Shown here: one piece after another, positions 12,525 to 26,375 of the stretch
How the letters are laid out: each line of letters begins with the position of its first letter
Position numbering within the stretch: position 1 is the first letter of the stretch
NCBI GenBank assembly: GCA_002269645.1
Contig: NIVC01000100.1
Location: forward strand, 1-64,000
Direction of reading: 5' to 3'
Length of the DNA stretch: 64,000 bases
Source: Macrostomum lignano
Lineage: Eukaryota
Notes under the pieces: generated by a model
What the model was told of the DNA's origin: nothing
What the model saw: the letters and a program-made list of their open reading frames with translations, nothing else
Database searches by the model: none
Program-made: the position numbers and the translations under genes

Positions 12525-12837
12525 TTAGCCTTCGCCGAACTTGTCCACAATGCAATGGTACTCCAAGTGAGCCCGACCAAAAACCCGAGCTCCATGGCAA
12601 ACCAGGCCTTTGCAGCACTGTACAGTAAAGAATGGAGTGCGACAGGCTTCCTCTGCCTTAGCGCACCTAAATGGTAGACATGCGCGTGTTTTCACTTGTT
12701 TACAGTGTATATGGAGTCTGTCATGACAGGAAGCGCGATGCTTACTTGACAGTTCGAACTGCAGCTGCGATATGGGTGCCGGAGACAAGCAGGAGCAGCA
12801 GAACTTGAAGGATGATCAGTTTCTTAAGAACTTGCAT
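12525..12837 (-). CDS. Secreted inhibitor-cystine-knot (knottin) peptide, 77 aa precursor
   Basis: Exon 12837-12746 (MQVLKKLIILQVLLLLLVSGTHIAAAVRTV, signal peptide), 79-bp intron GTAAGC...TTTAG, exon 12666-12525 (KCAKAEEACRTPFFTVQCCKGLVCHGARVFGRAHLEYHCIVDKFGEG*). Cys framework C-x6-C-x8-CC-x4-C-x14-C. Confidence 0.88.
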
Positions 12838-13065
12838 GATCACAGACCAGACACTTATCTGTGCTTTCTGGCTGAGAATCGGTATCCAAGTGAAAACTTA
12901 TTGCGGCTCAAAAGTATTTGAAACCAGGAAATTAATAGAAATTCGTTTGCCAAATTCGAATTCTAAATAGTAAATGCATTTTTTTAATTCCTGAGCATTC
13001 CGTGCCTGGCTTGAAAATAATTTTAATTCTTTTTTTCATTTAGAACGAAGAAAGTTTATAGAATT

Positions 13066-13793
<728 letters not shown>

Positions 13794-14373
13794 TAGTTAA
13801 AAAGCGGCATTTACCTTTTAAAGTTGTATTTCAATCAAAAGTTCTGCATTTACTACTTATAGTACACAAATAAGATTATGCTAGTAATTAACGAAAAACA
13901 ATATCCTTCCTAGTCAGCCGTGTGCCATATGCTCCGCTATCAGAGACAGCTTATGCCTCACTATCAGCTCATTGATCTGTATCTGTGCCCGGCATCTCTG
14001 AAGCTGAGCCCACTTCATTGCGCAACCTTTGATCAATCGATCTGACAGATGAAATCTTGGGCTCTTAGAATTTGAAACGCTGACTGGGTTCAAATGAATT
14101 GTTGCGCTTTCGTTTTGATAATATTATACTTGACTGAGAATTGTCTGCTTCGATTTCTAGTTTTTCGCAATCAGTTTTTGCTTGAATGCATCTCCGTTTC
14201 CATTCTGGAAGACTGGCTGGGGGGAAGAGGTCATGACCCGATTAAGATATCTGGCTATGACTTTTCTGGCTGGAATAGAGAACAAACAAAGTTTCAATTT
14301 TATCACGAAACTGTTGCTGAAGAATCTGTTGCGTTGATTGTCAGTCTTGTAAATGTGTCAGGAGCATCAATGG

Positions 14374-14982
14374 TTTGTGTCAGGATCTCGATGTATTGTG
14401 GGTCAGGATCTGCATGTGTGTGTCAGAATTTCAATGTATTGTGTATCAGGATCTCGAAATATTGTGTGTCAGGATCTCAAAGCATGTATGTCAGGATCTC
14501 GAAGCATGTGTGTCAGGATCTCAAAGTATTGTGCGTCAGGATCTCAAAGTATTGTGTGTCAGGATCTCGAAGCATGTGTGTCAGGATCTCGTTGTATTGT
14601 GTGTCAGAATCCCAATGTATTGTGTGTCAGGATCTCAATGTATTGTGTGTCAGAATCTCAATGTATTTTGTGTCAGAATCTCAATGTATTGTGTGTCAGG
14701 ATCTCGCTGTATTGTGTCAGGATCTCGCTATATTGTGTGTCAGGATCTCGAAGTATTTTGTGTCAGGATCTCGATGTATTGTGTCAGGATCTCGATGTAT
14801 TGTGTCAGTATCCCGAAGTAGGTGTGTCAGAATCCCGAAAAAGGTGTGTCAGGATCTCGAAGAAGGTGTGTCAGGATCTCGAAGAAGGTGTGTCAGGATC
14901 CCAAAAAAGGTGTGTCAGTATCCCGAAGTAGGTGTGTCAGGATCCGAAAAAAGGTGTGTCAGGATCTCGAAGTAGGTGTGTC
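14374..14982. repeat. Degenerate ~20-24-bp minisatellite (GTGTGTCAGGATCTCGAAGTATT-like)
   Basis: Tandem GTGTCAGGATCTC core, with unit variants changing along the array. Confidence 0.93.
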
Positions 14983-15796
14983 AGAGGCATCAGACTATTT
15001 AGAGCCACGCATAAAAAATTGACCCAGTTGGCTACACAACAAAAATGTTAAAATTTGTATTCATTTTTAATTTCAAAGCCAACGCCAAAAGTCTCAAGGG
15101 AGCAACGAGAGTCGCAAGAGATGGACTCAGCAAGGAAAATCTCGCTCGTAAAAATCTTAGGGAAATTAAAAAGTTTCTCGGACTTGACGTCACGTTTCGC
15201 TGTCTCGATCTCCACTTTCCCCCCAAGGGCAATTCTTAATTTATGAGTGACGCAACTTCTAGCCCGAAATTACGTAATCTTTGTCTTGAAATAACTGAAG
15301 AAATATCTAAATGAAGACGAGTCTTACATATAGAATTGAAAACTAAAAGCAAAGGAATTAAGAGGCGTATCTCAAGTGCTCCCAGTGCGGTGCTTGAAAC
15401 CTCTCGGCAAATATTCTACCTACACTGGGTCAGTCCAGTAAAGTGAAGAGGAACTCGTGACTTTGTAACCATTATAGCATTTCACCTTGCAGCCCGGAAT
15501 GAACAGTCCCTGTTTTGTTTGGGTCAATCACGAGAGAAAAAGTGATTGGCACAATTTTCACCAGAATTCGATTTCTGAACAGATATGAGAAAAAAATTGC
15601 GTGATTAAAGAGAACTCAGATTTTATTTTAATAATTGTGATTCTCCGAGCAGACGGATGTGTAATTGATTGATGGGATTTTTGTTATGCTGCTTGGTTGC
15701 ACAGTTGTGAAAAGCATTAAGCAATTATTTTCTAATCTGGCACTGTGACTGACAGAACTCAGAAGCGAGAATGTTAAGAATATATTTTACTTGTCT

Positions 15797-16497
15797 TGGC
15801 GCCACTTTGTTACTTGTTTTGGCGCCACTTTGACATCTGCTTTGGCGCCACTTTGTTACTTGTTTTGGCGCCACTTTGACATCTGTTTTGGCGCCACTTT
15901 GTTACCTGTTTTGGCGCCACTCTGACATCTGTTTTGGCGCCACTTTGTTACTTGTTTTGGCGCCACTCCGACATCTGTTTTGGCGCCACTTTGTTACCTG
16001 TTTTGGCGCCACTCTGACATATGTTTTGGCGCCACTTTGTTACCTGTTTTGGCGCCACTCTGACATCTAATTTGGCGCCACTTTGTTACCTGTTTTGGCG
16101 CCACTCTGACATCTGTTTTGGCGCCACTCTGACATCTGTTTTGGCGCCACTTTGTTACCTGTTTTGGCTCCACTCTGACATCTGTTTTGATGCCACTGTG
16201 TTACCTGTTTGGCGCCACTTTGACATCTGTTTTGGCGCCACTTTGACATCTGTTTTGGCGCCACTCTGACACCTGTTTTGATGCCACTTTGCTACCTGTT
16301 TGGCGCCACTCTGACATCTGTTTTGGCGCCACTTTGTTACCTGTTTTGGCGCCACTCTGACATCTGTTTTGATGCCACTTTGTTACCTGTTTGGCGCCAC
16401 TCTGACATCTGTTTTGATGCCACTTTGTTACCTGTTTGGCGCCACTCTGACATCTGTTTTGGCGCCACACCGACATCTATTTTAGGCGCCACTCTGA
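15797..16497. repeat. ~21-22-bp minisatellite with TTTGGCGCCAC core, alternating two spacer variants
   Basis: Units TTTTGGCGCCACTTTGTTACCTG and TTTTGGCGCCACTCTGACATCTG. Confidence 0.95.
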
Positions 16498-16976
16498 CGG
16501 TTTTAGCGCCTTACTGTCAGCTATTTCGGCTAGTTTAATATAGTCCACTTGTTTCAGTAGGCACTGCTCACTACACAGAACAGAGTGTAAGGGATTTTAG
16601 CAAAAGCGGTGATTCACATCCATGTTTCCAATCCGAAACAGATTTGTTTTGAAACTGTCTACCCTTATAATCAGATAAGCTGCATCTCGTAGACAAATTC
16701 CGTATTCGAAATTGCTTAAACCGCACGCACACCCTAGCAACCGATAATTACAGAAGAGAATTTTGTTAGAAAATATTAGAATATAGTCTTTGTCTGCAAT
16801 AGTTGCACCCTGTAGAGAGCGTCTGCGTTCCCAGTTTTCTAGTTCGCCGTCGAGTTTCCGGGAAAACTATTTCTTAGATAACGCTCCGTCTCTGTCTGCT
16901 GTGTTTATCAGACTGGAAACGGTTATAAGCCTCTCCAGAATCTTCGCTCTGCTTCATCAATATTCTCATGATGACA

Positions 16977-16980
16977 GCTC

Positions 16981-17037
<57 letters not shown>
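16977..17037. repeat. (CT)n microsatellite
   Basis: Read directly. Confidence 0.95.
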
Positions 17038-17039
<2 letters not shown>

Positions 17040-17235
17040 ATAACAGTCTGTTACCTTCAGTCTTCCAGAAACACTTTTACGACCTTCCACTGACCTTTGT
17101 TGACCCTTAGCTGCGTCGATCGCTTGAATAAGAAGATTGATTAATTAGTCAATTTGGCCAAGTTGGTAAGCTGATTGCGTCATGGATGGCTGTTTGAATC
17201 AGAAAAAACCTGCGTCCTGAATCTGGAATAACGTG

Positions 17236-17500
17236 ATCCCTGGTTGATCCCTGCTTGATCCCTGCTTGATCCCCGATTGATCCCTGCTTGATCCCAGCTT
17301 CTTGATCCCTGCTGGATCCCTGCTCGATCCCCGATTGATCCCTGCTTGATCCCAGCTTCTTGATCCCTGCTTGATCCCTGCTTGATCCCTGCTTGATCCC
17401 CGATTGATCCCTGCTTGATCCCTGCTTGATCCCCGATTGATCCCTGCTTGATCCCTGCTTGATCCCTGCTTGATCCCTGCTTGATCCTAGCTTGATCCCT
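17236..17500. repeat. 11-bp minisatellite (GATCCCTGCTT)n
   Basis: Read directly. Confidence 0.93.
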
Positions 17501-17840
17501 GCCGGTTGCCTGCATAAAATAACAACTAAATTCTGTAAAACACTGGCCTAAGTAAGTCTCTGTAAAATGATTCACAATGGACAAATTCACTTTTGCCTTC
17601 AGCTTGTAGCAACTAAATTCATAACCATATCGAAACCTGTACCCCCAGGTAGAAATAGACAATATATAGTAACATAAAAGTCATCTACAGACATCCCAGA
17701 ATTTTTATTACCTTGTGTAGTAGACGGCAATGACTTACAGAATGCTGCATTCAAATGAATGGTCGCTAAAAATATTGCAGACATTGGCATTCACGATAAA
17801 AGAAACGAAGTACTAAAATGTAATTTTGAAAGAAGACACA

Positions 17841-18060
17841 TTGGCGCCCACTTCAGCACACAGTGGCGCCCACCGCTTCAGCACACGATGGCGCCCACCG
17901 CTTCAGCACACAGTGGCGCCCAGTTCAGGACACAGTGGCGCCCACCGCTTCAGCACACAGTGGCGCCCAGTTCAGGACACAGTGGCGCCCACTTCAGCAC
18001 ACGATGGCGCCCACCGCTTCAGCACACAGTGGCGCCCAGTTCAGGACACAGTGGCGCCCA
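17841..18060. repeat. Short array of the 25-bp GTGGCGCCCACCGCTTCAGCACACA satellite
   Basis: Same unit and orientation as the 26376-31069 array. Confidence 0.95.
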
Positions 18061-18535
18061 AAAAGACCAAGCCAAAAGCTAAAAAAACTGCAGTAATACT
18101 TTCTGCTCAGTAGATAAACTCTTCGCAGGAAATTTTAGAAGCATTAGCAATAAAACTTTGCGACTTTCACTGGCGCTTTGAATCAGTTTTCCTCTGTGAG
18201 TTAAAAATGACATTTCTTCATTGTCAACACCTTATCATTAACTGACTATTTTCTTACCATGCAAAACAAACTGTCAAAACTGATTAGAACAGGAAAAACT
18301 CAAAGAGAAAAAAGTTTCTTGATAAAAAAGACGCCCACTCACACGCGGACTTGGGGCTTCTCAGCGGGTCTTTCTTTGGCAGCCAGGAAAATATAAACGG
18401 GCCAATAGCAATACAGCTAGTGTTTCATTGGCCCCAGGTCCGAGAACTGTCAACCCAACATTAACGTAACGTTGCAGGCATTTTTAAGAGACAAGAAAAA
18501 AGGTAGAATTTCTAAGAAAATCTTTAACACTAACC

Positions 18536-20780
18536 ATGACGGCACTTTTTCTGCTTTTAGAATTATTGCTGCTTTTAGGCAGCAGCAAACTTGCAGTAGG
18601 CGCTGACAGTCTCTGCTCTGGGCGGCCTGGCTCGCAGTTCTGTCGGGTTGGCGGCGCTCTGGACGTCTCCTGCTCACCCGACACCGCCTCTCTGGTGCTC
18701 AAATTCCAGAGCGTCGCCTCCTGGCCAGCGTCTCCCGCCTCTCCCGGTCGGGGCCTCGTTGGCTGCGACTCGGTTGACCACTTGAAGGTCACCGGCTGGC
18801 AAGGCCCCGAGCTTGAGTCCGGGCACACTGCTCAGCTACCGAACCTGTCATCGATGGAGATTCTCGACGGAAATTTAACGACCGTTGGGCCCGACGTGTG
18901 CGGCAAACGGCTGCGGCAGCTCAGTCTGGCCAGGAATCGAGTTCGGGACCTCAGCCAGCGAGCTCTGATCGGCTGCGGCAGTCTCGAGTCGCTCGACCTC
19001 AGCGACAACCGCATCGAGAGGCTGCCGGACGGCCTGCTGGCCGCCTGCGGATCGCTGAGAACGCTGAAGCTGAGCGGCAACCGGCTGAGTCAGCTGGGAC
19101 CCCGGGCTCTGCAGGTGACTGGCTCAGGCTGCCATTTAACTCGTGTTGCTAGGGGGTGCTGGGACCCCGGGCTCTGCAGGTGACTGGCTCAGGCTGCCAT
19201 TTAACTCGTGTTGCTAGGGGGTGCTGGGAGCCCGGGCTCTGCAGGTGACTGGCTCAGGCTGCCATTTAACTCGTGTTGCTAGGGGGTGCTGGGAGCCCAA
19301 CTGTGCAATTTCTCATTTTCAAAGAGAGGGGCACCAGCTACAGAGGGGGTGCCAGCTACAGAGGGGATGCCAGCTACAGAGGGGGTGCCAGCTACAGAGG
19401 GGATGCCAGCTACAGAGGGGCACCAGCTACAGAGGGGGCACCAGCTACAGAGGGGTGCCAGCTAAAGGGGGGTAGGATAAAATCTTAATAGAAGGTTGCC
19501 ATTCATGCAACTCATGCAACTGAGGCTACTTCACCCAGCCAATTTAAAGCCAAAACTCTGGACATTAAAGCCCCAATCCAATCTGGTTGAACTCCCGCAG
19601 GGCGCCGTCAGCCTCTTCGAGCTGCACGCCCTCGGCAACCAGTTCCGCACGCTGGGCAGCCTCGAACGGGCCTTCGCCTCCAACCAGAGGCTCAGCCTCA
19701 TCGACCTGCGCAACAACGAGCTGTTCGCGTACCTGCCCGCCTCCGACGACGGCCTCTGTGGTCCCGAGAACGTCACCGTGCGGCTGCACTTCGCCGGGTG
19801 TCCACCGGCTCCAGCGACTGACGCGGCCGTCTGTGAGACGGTGCGGCGACACCGCTGCTTGGGCAGCTCGGCGCACCTGCTGGTCACCTTCACCAGCTGT
19901 CAGGTGAGTCAAGGAATGATTTTGGAGGGACAGAGTAACTCGATGGTAAACTCGCAACGCCCCCGGAGACTTTGTCCCACAACGAGTGATGACGGCAATT
20001 CTGCGCATTCCTCTGACTCTGAGCACAAGCGCGTCAATACACAGGGTTTACAGCGGCCCTGACTTTCTAATCCTGCTAGGCGTGTACACTCTCACGGCCC
20101 CTCGCGGAATCGATCTGATTGAGACTTATTTTCTCCTCTCACACAGGTTCCCATAGCAACCAAGTGCTCATCGTCGTTTCCGAAGTCCGACCTCCAGCGG
20201 TGGTCGCTCAACAACAGCCGGAACCAACTTCGGTTAACGCAACAGCAGCCACACCGACTACCCCAGCCTGTCCCAGCGTTGCACGGCAACAGTCGCATCC
20301 GACTGTCGATTTTTCACTCGCCTCAGCGAAGCGGCCGTCGCAGCCAAGTCGGATCCAGCCGTGTGGCTGCTGATTGCCCTGGCCGGCACTGTGCTCTTCG
20401 CTCTGCTTCAACTACTCGTCTCTCTTGCCGTCTGTCATCGGTTGAAGCTTCGCTTGGCTCGCCTGCAAGTGCGCGCCGAGCAGCTGGCCAGAGAGTGCTC
20501 CAGCCACCAGTCCTTCTGTCACAACCATCGATCGTCCATGCTGTGTAGTCGGCAGTCCGGTCTCAGCGGAGGTCGCATGACCCCTAGCGGTCGGGGACCT
20601 TCGTCTCATTGCGGCGGCATCTCGGAGTTCGGCGACTCGACCGTGCCAACCTTTGCGACACTGACGGCGGTGCACACGACGCCGCAACAGCCGCTACTGA
20701 CTGAGAAGCAGGGAGAACCGGACTCTGGCAGCAGCGGCCTGCCCGACTCAGAGGAAGTCCCTCATGGAGATCAGGACTGA
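18536..20780 (+). CDS. LRR-containing type I transmembrane receptor, copy A (frame discontinuity before the TM segment)
   Basis: Exon 18536-19114 (signal peptide MTALFLLLELLLLLG, LRRs LRQLSLARNRV, LESLDLSDNRI, LRTLKLSGNRL); exon from 19601 (LSLIDLRNNEL, Cys-rich cap); stalk from acceptor 20147; TM VWLLIALAGTVLFALLQLLVSLAVC and tail to 20780. Stalk and TM are in different frames. No TIR or kinase domain. Confidence 0.8.
19328..19468 (+). repeat. GCCAGCTACAGAGGG minisatellite in intron 1 of LRR copy A
   Basis: About 8 units. Confidence 0.92.
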
Positions 20781-20892
20781 GTCCTTGGAGTACTTCAATG
20801 GTGATTTTGCTTTGAATGATAAGATTTTGGACAGTTTTTTTCTGTGTCTGATTTCTTCATTGCTGCGTCCGAATGCAAAAACATTATCTGAT

Positions 20893-21780
20893 AAAGTGTC
20901 AGATCAAGTATCAGATCAAGTGTCAGATCAAGTGTCAGATCAAGTGTCATATCAAGTGTCAGATCAAGTGTCAGATCAAGTGTCAGATCAAGTGTCAGAT
21001 CAAGTGTCAGATCAAGTGTCAGATTAAGTGTCAGATTAAGTGTCAGATCAAGTGTCAGATCAAGTGTCAGATCAAGTGTCAGATCAAGTGTCAGATTAAG
21101 TGTCAGATCAAGTGTCAGATCAAGTGTCAGATCAAGTGTCAGATCAAGAGTCAGACAGAGTGTCAGACAGGTTGTCAGACAGGGTGTCAGAAATAGTGTC
21201 AGATAAAGTGTCAGATATAGTGTCAGATCAAGTGTCAGATAGAGTGTCAAATAAAGTGTCAGATCAAGTGTCAGACAGAGTGTCAGATCAAGTGTCAAAC
21301 AGAGTGTCAAATCAAGTGTCAGACAGAGTGTCAGACAGGGTGTCTGAAATAGTGTTAGGTAAAGTGTCAGATCAAGTGTCAGATCAAGTGTCAGACAGAG
21401 TGTCAGATCAAGTGTCAAACAGAGTGTCAGATCAAGTGTCAGACAGAGTGTCAGACAGGGTGTCAGATCAAGTGTCAGATCAAGTGTCAGATCAAGTGTC
21501 AGATCAAGTGTCAGATCAAGTGTCAGATCAAGTGTCAGATCAAGTGTCAGATCAAGTGTCAGATCAAGTGTCAGATCAAGTGTCAGATCAAGTGTCAGAT
21601 CAAGTGTCAGATCAAGTGTCAGATCAAGTGTCAGATCAAGTGTCAGATCAAGTGTCAGATCAAGTGTCAGATCAAGTGTCAGATCAAGTGTCAGATCATA
21701 TCAATTAGAGTATCATGTAGTGTCAGATAGTGTCAGACAGATTGTCAGATAGACAGTTTGATAAAAGTGTCAGGTAGTGT
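20893..21780. repeat. 12-bp minisatellite (TCAGATCAAGTG)n
   Basis: About 70 units with a variant central block. Confidence 0.97.
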
Positions 21781-22311
21781 GTCAGGCGGGGTCAGTATTC
21801 AGTCATACAGTGTCAGATAATTTTTTTCATGATTTTTCTCTGGCTTGCTCTGAAACAAATATCTTAGCCAATTCATGACTAACATAGCATGTAATGTCTC
21901 CCTGGATATCAATGTAAATCATGTACATCATGTATTCATACTTAGGCGGCCAGCTCGATGCTGTAAAACGTTATAAATGTTTTTTCTCACTACGATTAAG
22001 CATGTATTGTCACGCGAAATAGCCGATGCAACTGCGTATTTAATGCTTTAATAACTTGCAACTTGGATTATTTGATTTTTTTATGAACTGAATAATACCT
22101 AGTCGGAATGAATAGTTTCAAATTTGATGCAACATTAACTTGTTTCTGTTACTTGCAGCGAAAATCGGTTTGCTAGCTTATTGAAACATTGCGATTGTCA
22201 ACGTTTTTATGTAGAAAGAAAATAGATCCTTTAGTATTTGCTCCGACTACCAAAGTGCATCAAGGACTTTAAAGATGACCATACAGATAATAGATCAGAT
22301 GGGTCTCATTT

Positions 22312-22926
22312 GTGTCTGTCAGTGTCTGTATGGAGCTTGTCTGGTGTCTGTCTGGTGTCTGTCTGGTGTCTGTCTGGTGTCTGTCTGGTGTCTGTCTGTC
22401 TGTCTGTCTGGTGTCTGTCTGGTGTCTGTCTTCGTGTCTTCCAGATGTCTGTCTGGTGTCTGTCTGGTGTCTGTCTGGTGTCTGTCTGGTGTCTGTCTGG
22501 TGTCTGTCTTCGTGTCTTCCAGATGTCTGTCTGGTGTCTTCCAGGTGTCTGTCTGGTGTCTGTCTGGTGTCTGTCTGGTGTCTGTCTGGTGTCTGTCTTG
22601 GTGTCTTCCAGGTGTCTTTCTTGGTGTCTTCCAGGTGTCTGTCTGGTGTCTTCCAGGTGTCTGTCTGGTGTCTTCCAGGTATCTGTCTGGTGTCTTCCAG
22701 GTGTCTGTCTGGTGTCTTCCAGGTATCTGTCTGGTGTCTGTCTTGTGTCTGTCTGGTGTCTGTCTGGTGTCTGTCTGGTGTCTGTCTGGTGTCTATCTGG
22801 TGTCTTCCAGGTATCTGTCTGGTGTCTGTCTGGTGTCTTCTTGTGTCTGTCTGGTGTCTGTCTGGTGTCTTCTTGTGTCTGTCTGGTGTCTGTCTGGTGT
22901 CTGTCTGGTGTCTTCCAGGTGTCTGC
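22312..22926. repeat. 11-bp minisatellite (GTCTGTCTGGT)n with GTCTTCCAGGT variants
   Basis: Read directly. Confidence 0.95.
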
Positions 22927-23425
22927 CTGGTTCATCTCCGGTATATGTTTAGCGTTTTCTCTTGTTTTGATACTGTCATCATTTGAAAATGTGTTGAAAT
23001 CAAAGAAAATTTCTTATTAATTTTCTCAACGTTAGTTTACACCAAGCTGACATAACAAATTAATTCTAAAATTATCACTGATGCGTCTAGTTTAACCAAA
23101 AACACCGCTCCATATCACTGACAAATCGTGATAAATTTTGATGTTATTAAAAATGCTTGAATTACGAAGAAATCACTGGCGCCATCGGCTGTCTGGAAGC
23201 TGGTAAAATTTTTCTAAACAATGTTTTGACAGCAAAAGTAGCCGCGCGTGTTGTGCAGGGCTTGAAAAAAAGCGGAGGCATCGAACTGCCACACACGAAG
23301 CTGCGGCATGGCTGATAAGTAGAGAGAGCGGCTTGACTTCCGTGCACTGCGGCTTCGTAAACACAAGCGATCCGTGTACCATCTGGCTGGTGCAAGGGTT
23401 TCTGAATGTAGCATCTGGGCAGGGT

Positions 23426-24292
<867 letters not shown>

Positions 24293-24877
24293 AAGTTTCC
24301 CAATGTCAGGCTTTCCAGGTATCCAGCTATGAAATCCATGACACTGGGTCTGCAGATTGGTCAGGTTTATACACTGGGCTGAAGTGTCGCACTGGGTATT
24401 TCTTATCTGCACAGGGACTGAATTCGGTGTAAGCGCAGGTAGTTTTTGTTTTTAGGTTTCAACTATGTGGATTTTTTTACTCCAAACAGGGACTGGTGGC
24501 TTAGCCTCAGTGTGACAGTCAGATTGTAATAAACTTGGCTTGGGCTAGCTAGATAAGAAACCGTTGGCCAGGCTAAAGTTAAAGCTGACTTCAACCTATA
24601 TATTTCGAGCCATATTGAAAGTGCTTATGAGCTGTGTTCCGTATCTATACCAGTGCATACTGGATTCGGCCATGTAAACTTTGTTATTCAATGCCTAGAT
24701 AACTAATTTGCACAGACTGCACTGACTGAAGGGAAGTGTTTTGTACCGGATATCAACTAGGATAAGGATGCATTCCTCTCGTGATTGTCCCGGGTTCGAA
24801 AATCCTTGATCCAGCTAGTTAGGAATTTGAGTTAACGTTTAGTCCCAAATTTGGGGCATTTTCAGTGCTAAACTAAC

Positions 24878-25922
24878 TGAGTCATTGTGGCGCCAAACTA
24901 ATTGAGTCATTGTGGCGCCAAACTAATTGAGTCATTGTGGCGACAAACTAATTGAGTCAATGTGGCGCCAAACTAATTGAGTCATTGTGGCGACAAACTA
25001 ATTGAGTCATTGTGGCGACAAACTAATTGAGTCATTGTGGCGACAAACTAATTGAGTCATTGTTGCGCCAAACTATTTGAGTCATTGTGGCACCAAACTA
25101 ATTGAGTCATTGTGGCGCCAAACTAATTGAGTCATTGTGGCGACAAACTAATTGAGTCATTGTGGCGCCAAACTAATTGAGTCATTGTGGCGCCAAAATA
25201 ATTGAGTCATTGTGGCGACAAACTAATTGAGTCATTGTGGCGCCAAAATAATTGAGTCATTGTGGCGACAAACTAATTGAGTCATTGTGGCGCCAAAATA
25301 ATTGAGTCATTGTGGCGACAAACTAATTGAGTCATTGTGGCGCCAAAATAATTGAGTCATTGTGGCGACAAACTAATTGAGTCATTGTGGCGACAAACTA
25401 ATTGAGTCATTGTGGCGCCAAACTAATTGAGTCATTGTGGCGCCAAACTAATTGAGTCATTGTGGCGCCAAACTAATTGAGTCATTTTGGCTCCAAACTA
25501 ATTGAGTCATTGTGGCTCCAAACTAATTGAGTCATTGTTGCGCTAAACTAATTGAGTCATTGTTGCGCTAAACTAATTGAGTCATTGTGGCTCCAAACTA
25601 ATTGAGTCATTGTTGCGCTAAACTAATTGAGTCATTGTTGCGCTAAACTAATTGAGTCATTGTGGCGACAAACTAATTGAGTCATTGTGGCGCTAAACTA
25701 ATTGAGTCATTGTGGCGACAAACTATTTGAATCATTGTTGCGCTAAAATATTTGAGTCATTGTGGCGACAAACTGATTGAGTCATTGTTGCGCTAAACTA
25801 ATTGAGTCATTGTGGCGCCAAACTAATTGAGTCATTGTTGCGCCAAACTAATTGAGTCATTGTGGCGCCAAACTATTTGAGTCATTGTGGCACCAAACTA
25901 TTTGAGTAATTGTGGCGCCAAA
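24878..25922. repeat. 25-bp minisatellite (TTGTGGCGCCAAACTAATTGAGTCA)n
   Basis: About 41 head-to-tail units without unique spacers. Confidence 0.97.
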
Positions 25923-26375
25923 CAAATACACCTTATACGATAAACTTTAAGCATCTAGAAACGATCAATATTATAGTTTTTTAAAAGCAAAACAATTTTG
26001 TTTACTAGAGTTTCACAACTCTGTAGCGTTAGTTTAAAGCTATTTTTGCTTTTACTCAACCGGGTAAGGCGTGTGTCACCGGGTCAAGGTCAGGTGAGCC
26101 GGTGGTTAAAAAAGCCGTTACAAAAGAGCAGCAACTGAGCAGCTGTTTCACTATCCTGGCATTTCCCTTTTCCTGGTTTGCGTGACCCAGCGCTTCGGTC
26201 GCAGGGCATTGAGTAGAACAGACAATATTTAGCACTGATTGATTTATTACCCGATTCTCTAAAATGCTTTGGCTTGGCATTTTTTTATAACTGAACAGGG
26301 CCTTCATGGCCTGCGTTGCTTGCTGGAGTAGCCTGTGAGTTGCAGAGCCCACCTCCAGTGACTGCCACTTAAAAA

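Noticed and set aside
13914-14041. Possible terminal exon on the minus strand (RLIKGCAMKWAQLQRCRAQIQINELIVRHKLSLIAEHMAHG*), plus other exon-like pieces at about 14150-14340, 15370-15510 and 16810-16870
   Set aside because: Coding-like with plausible splice sites, but I could not join them into a consistent gene or recognise a family.
15045-15246. Basic 63-64-aa ORFs on the plus strand
   Set aside because: No recognisable motif, start context or splice donor; overlapping ORFs in several frames are equally plausible.
24878-25922. CRISPR-like regular 25-bp repeats (also 37375-37982 and 15797-16497)
   Set aside because: Units are head-to-tail with no unique spacers, there are no cas genes, and the context is eukaryotic.
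26056-26352. 98-aa ORF next to the large satellite
   Set aside because: No recognisable domain; could be a TE remnant but there is no supporting motif.
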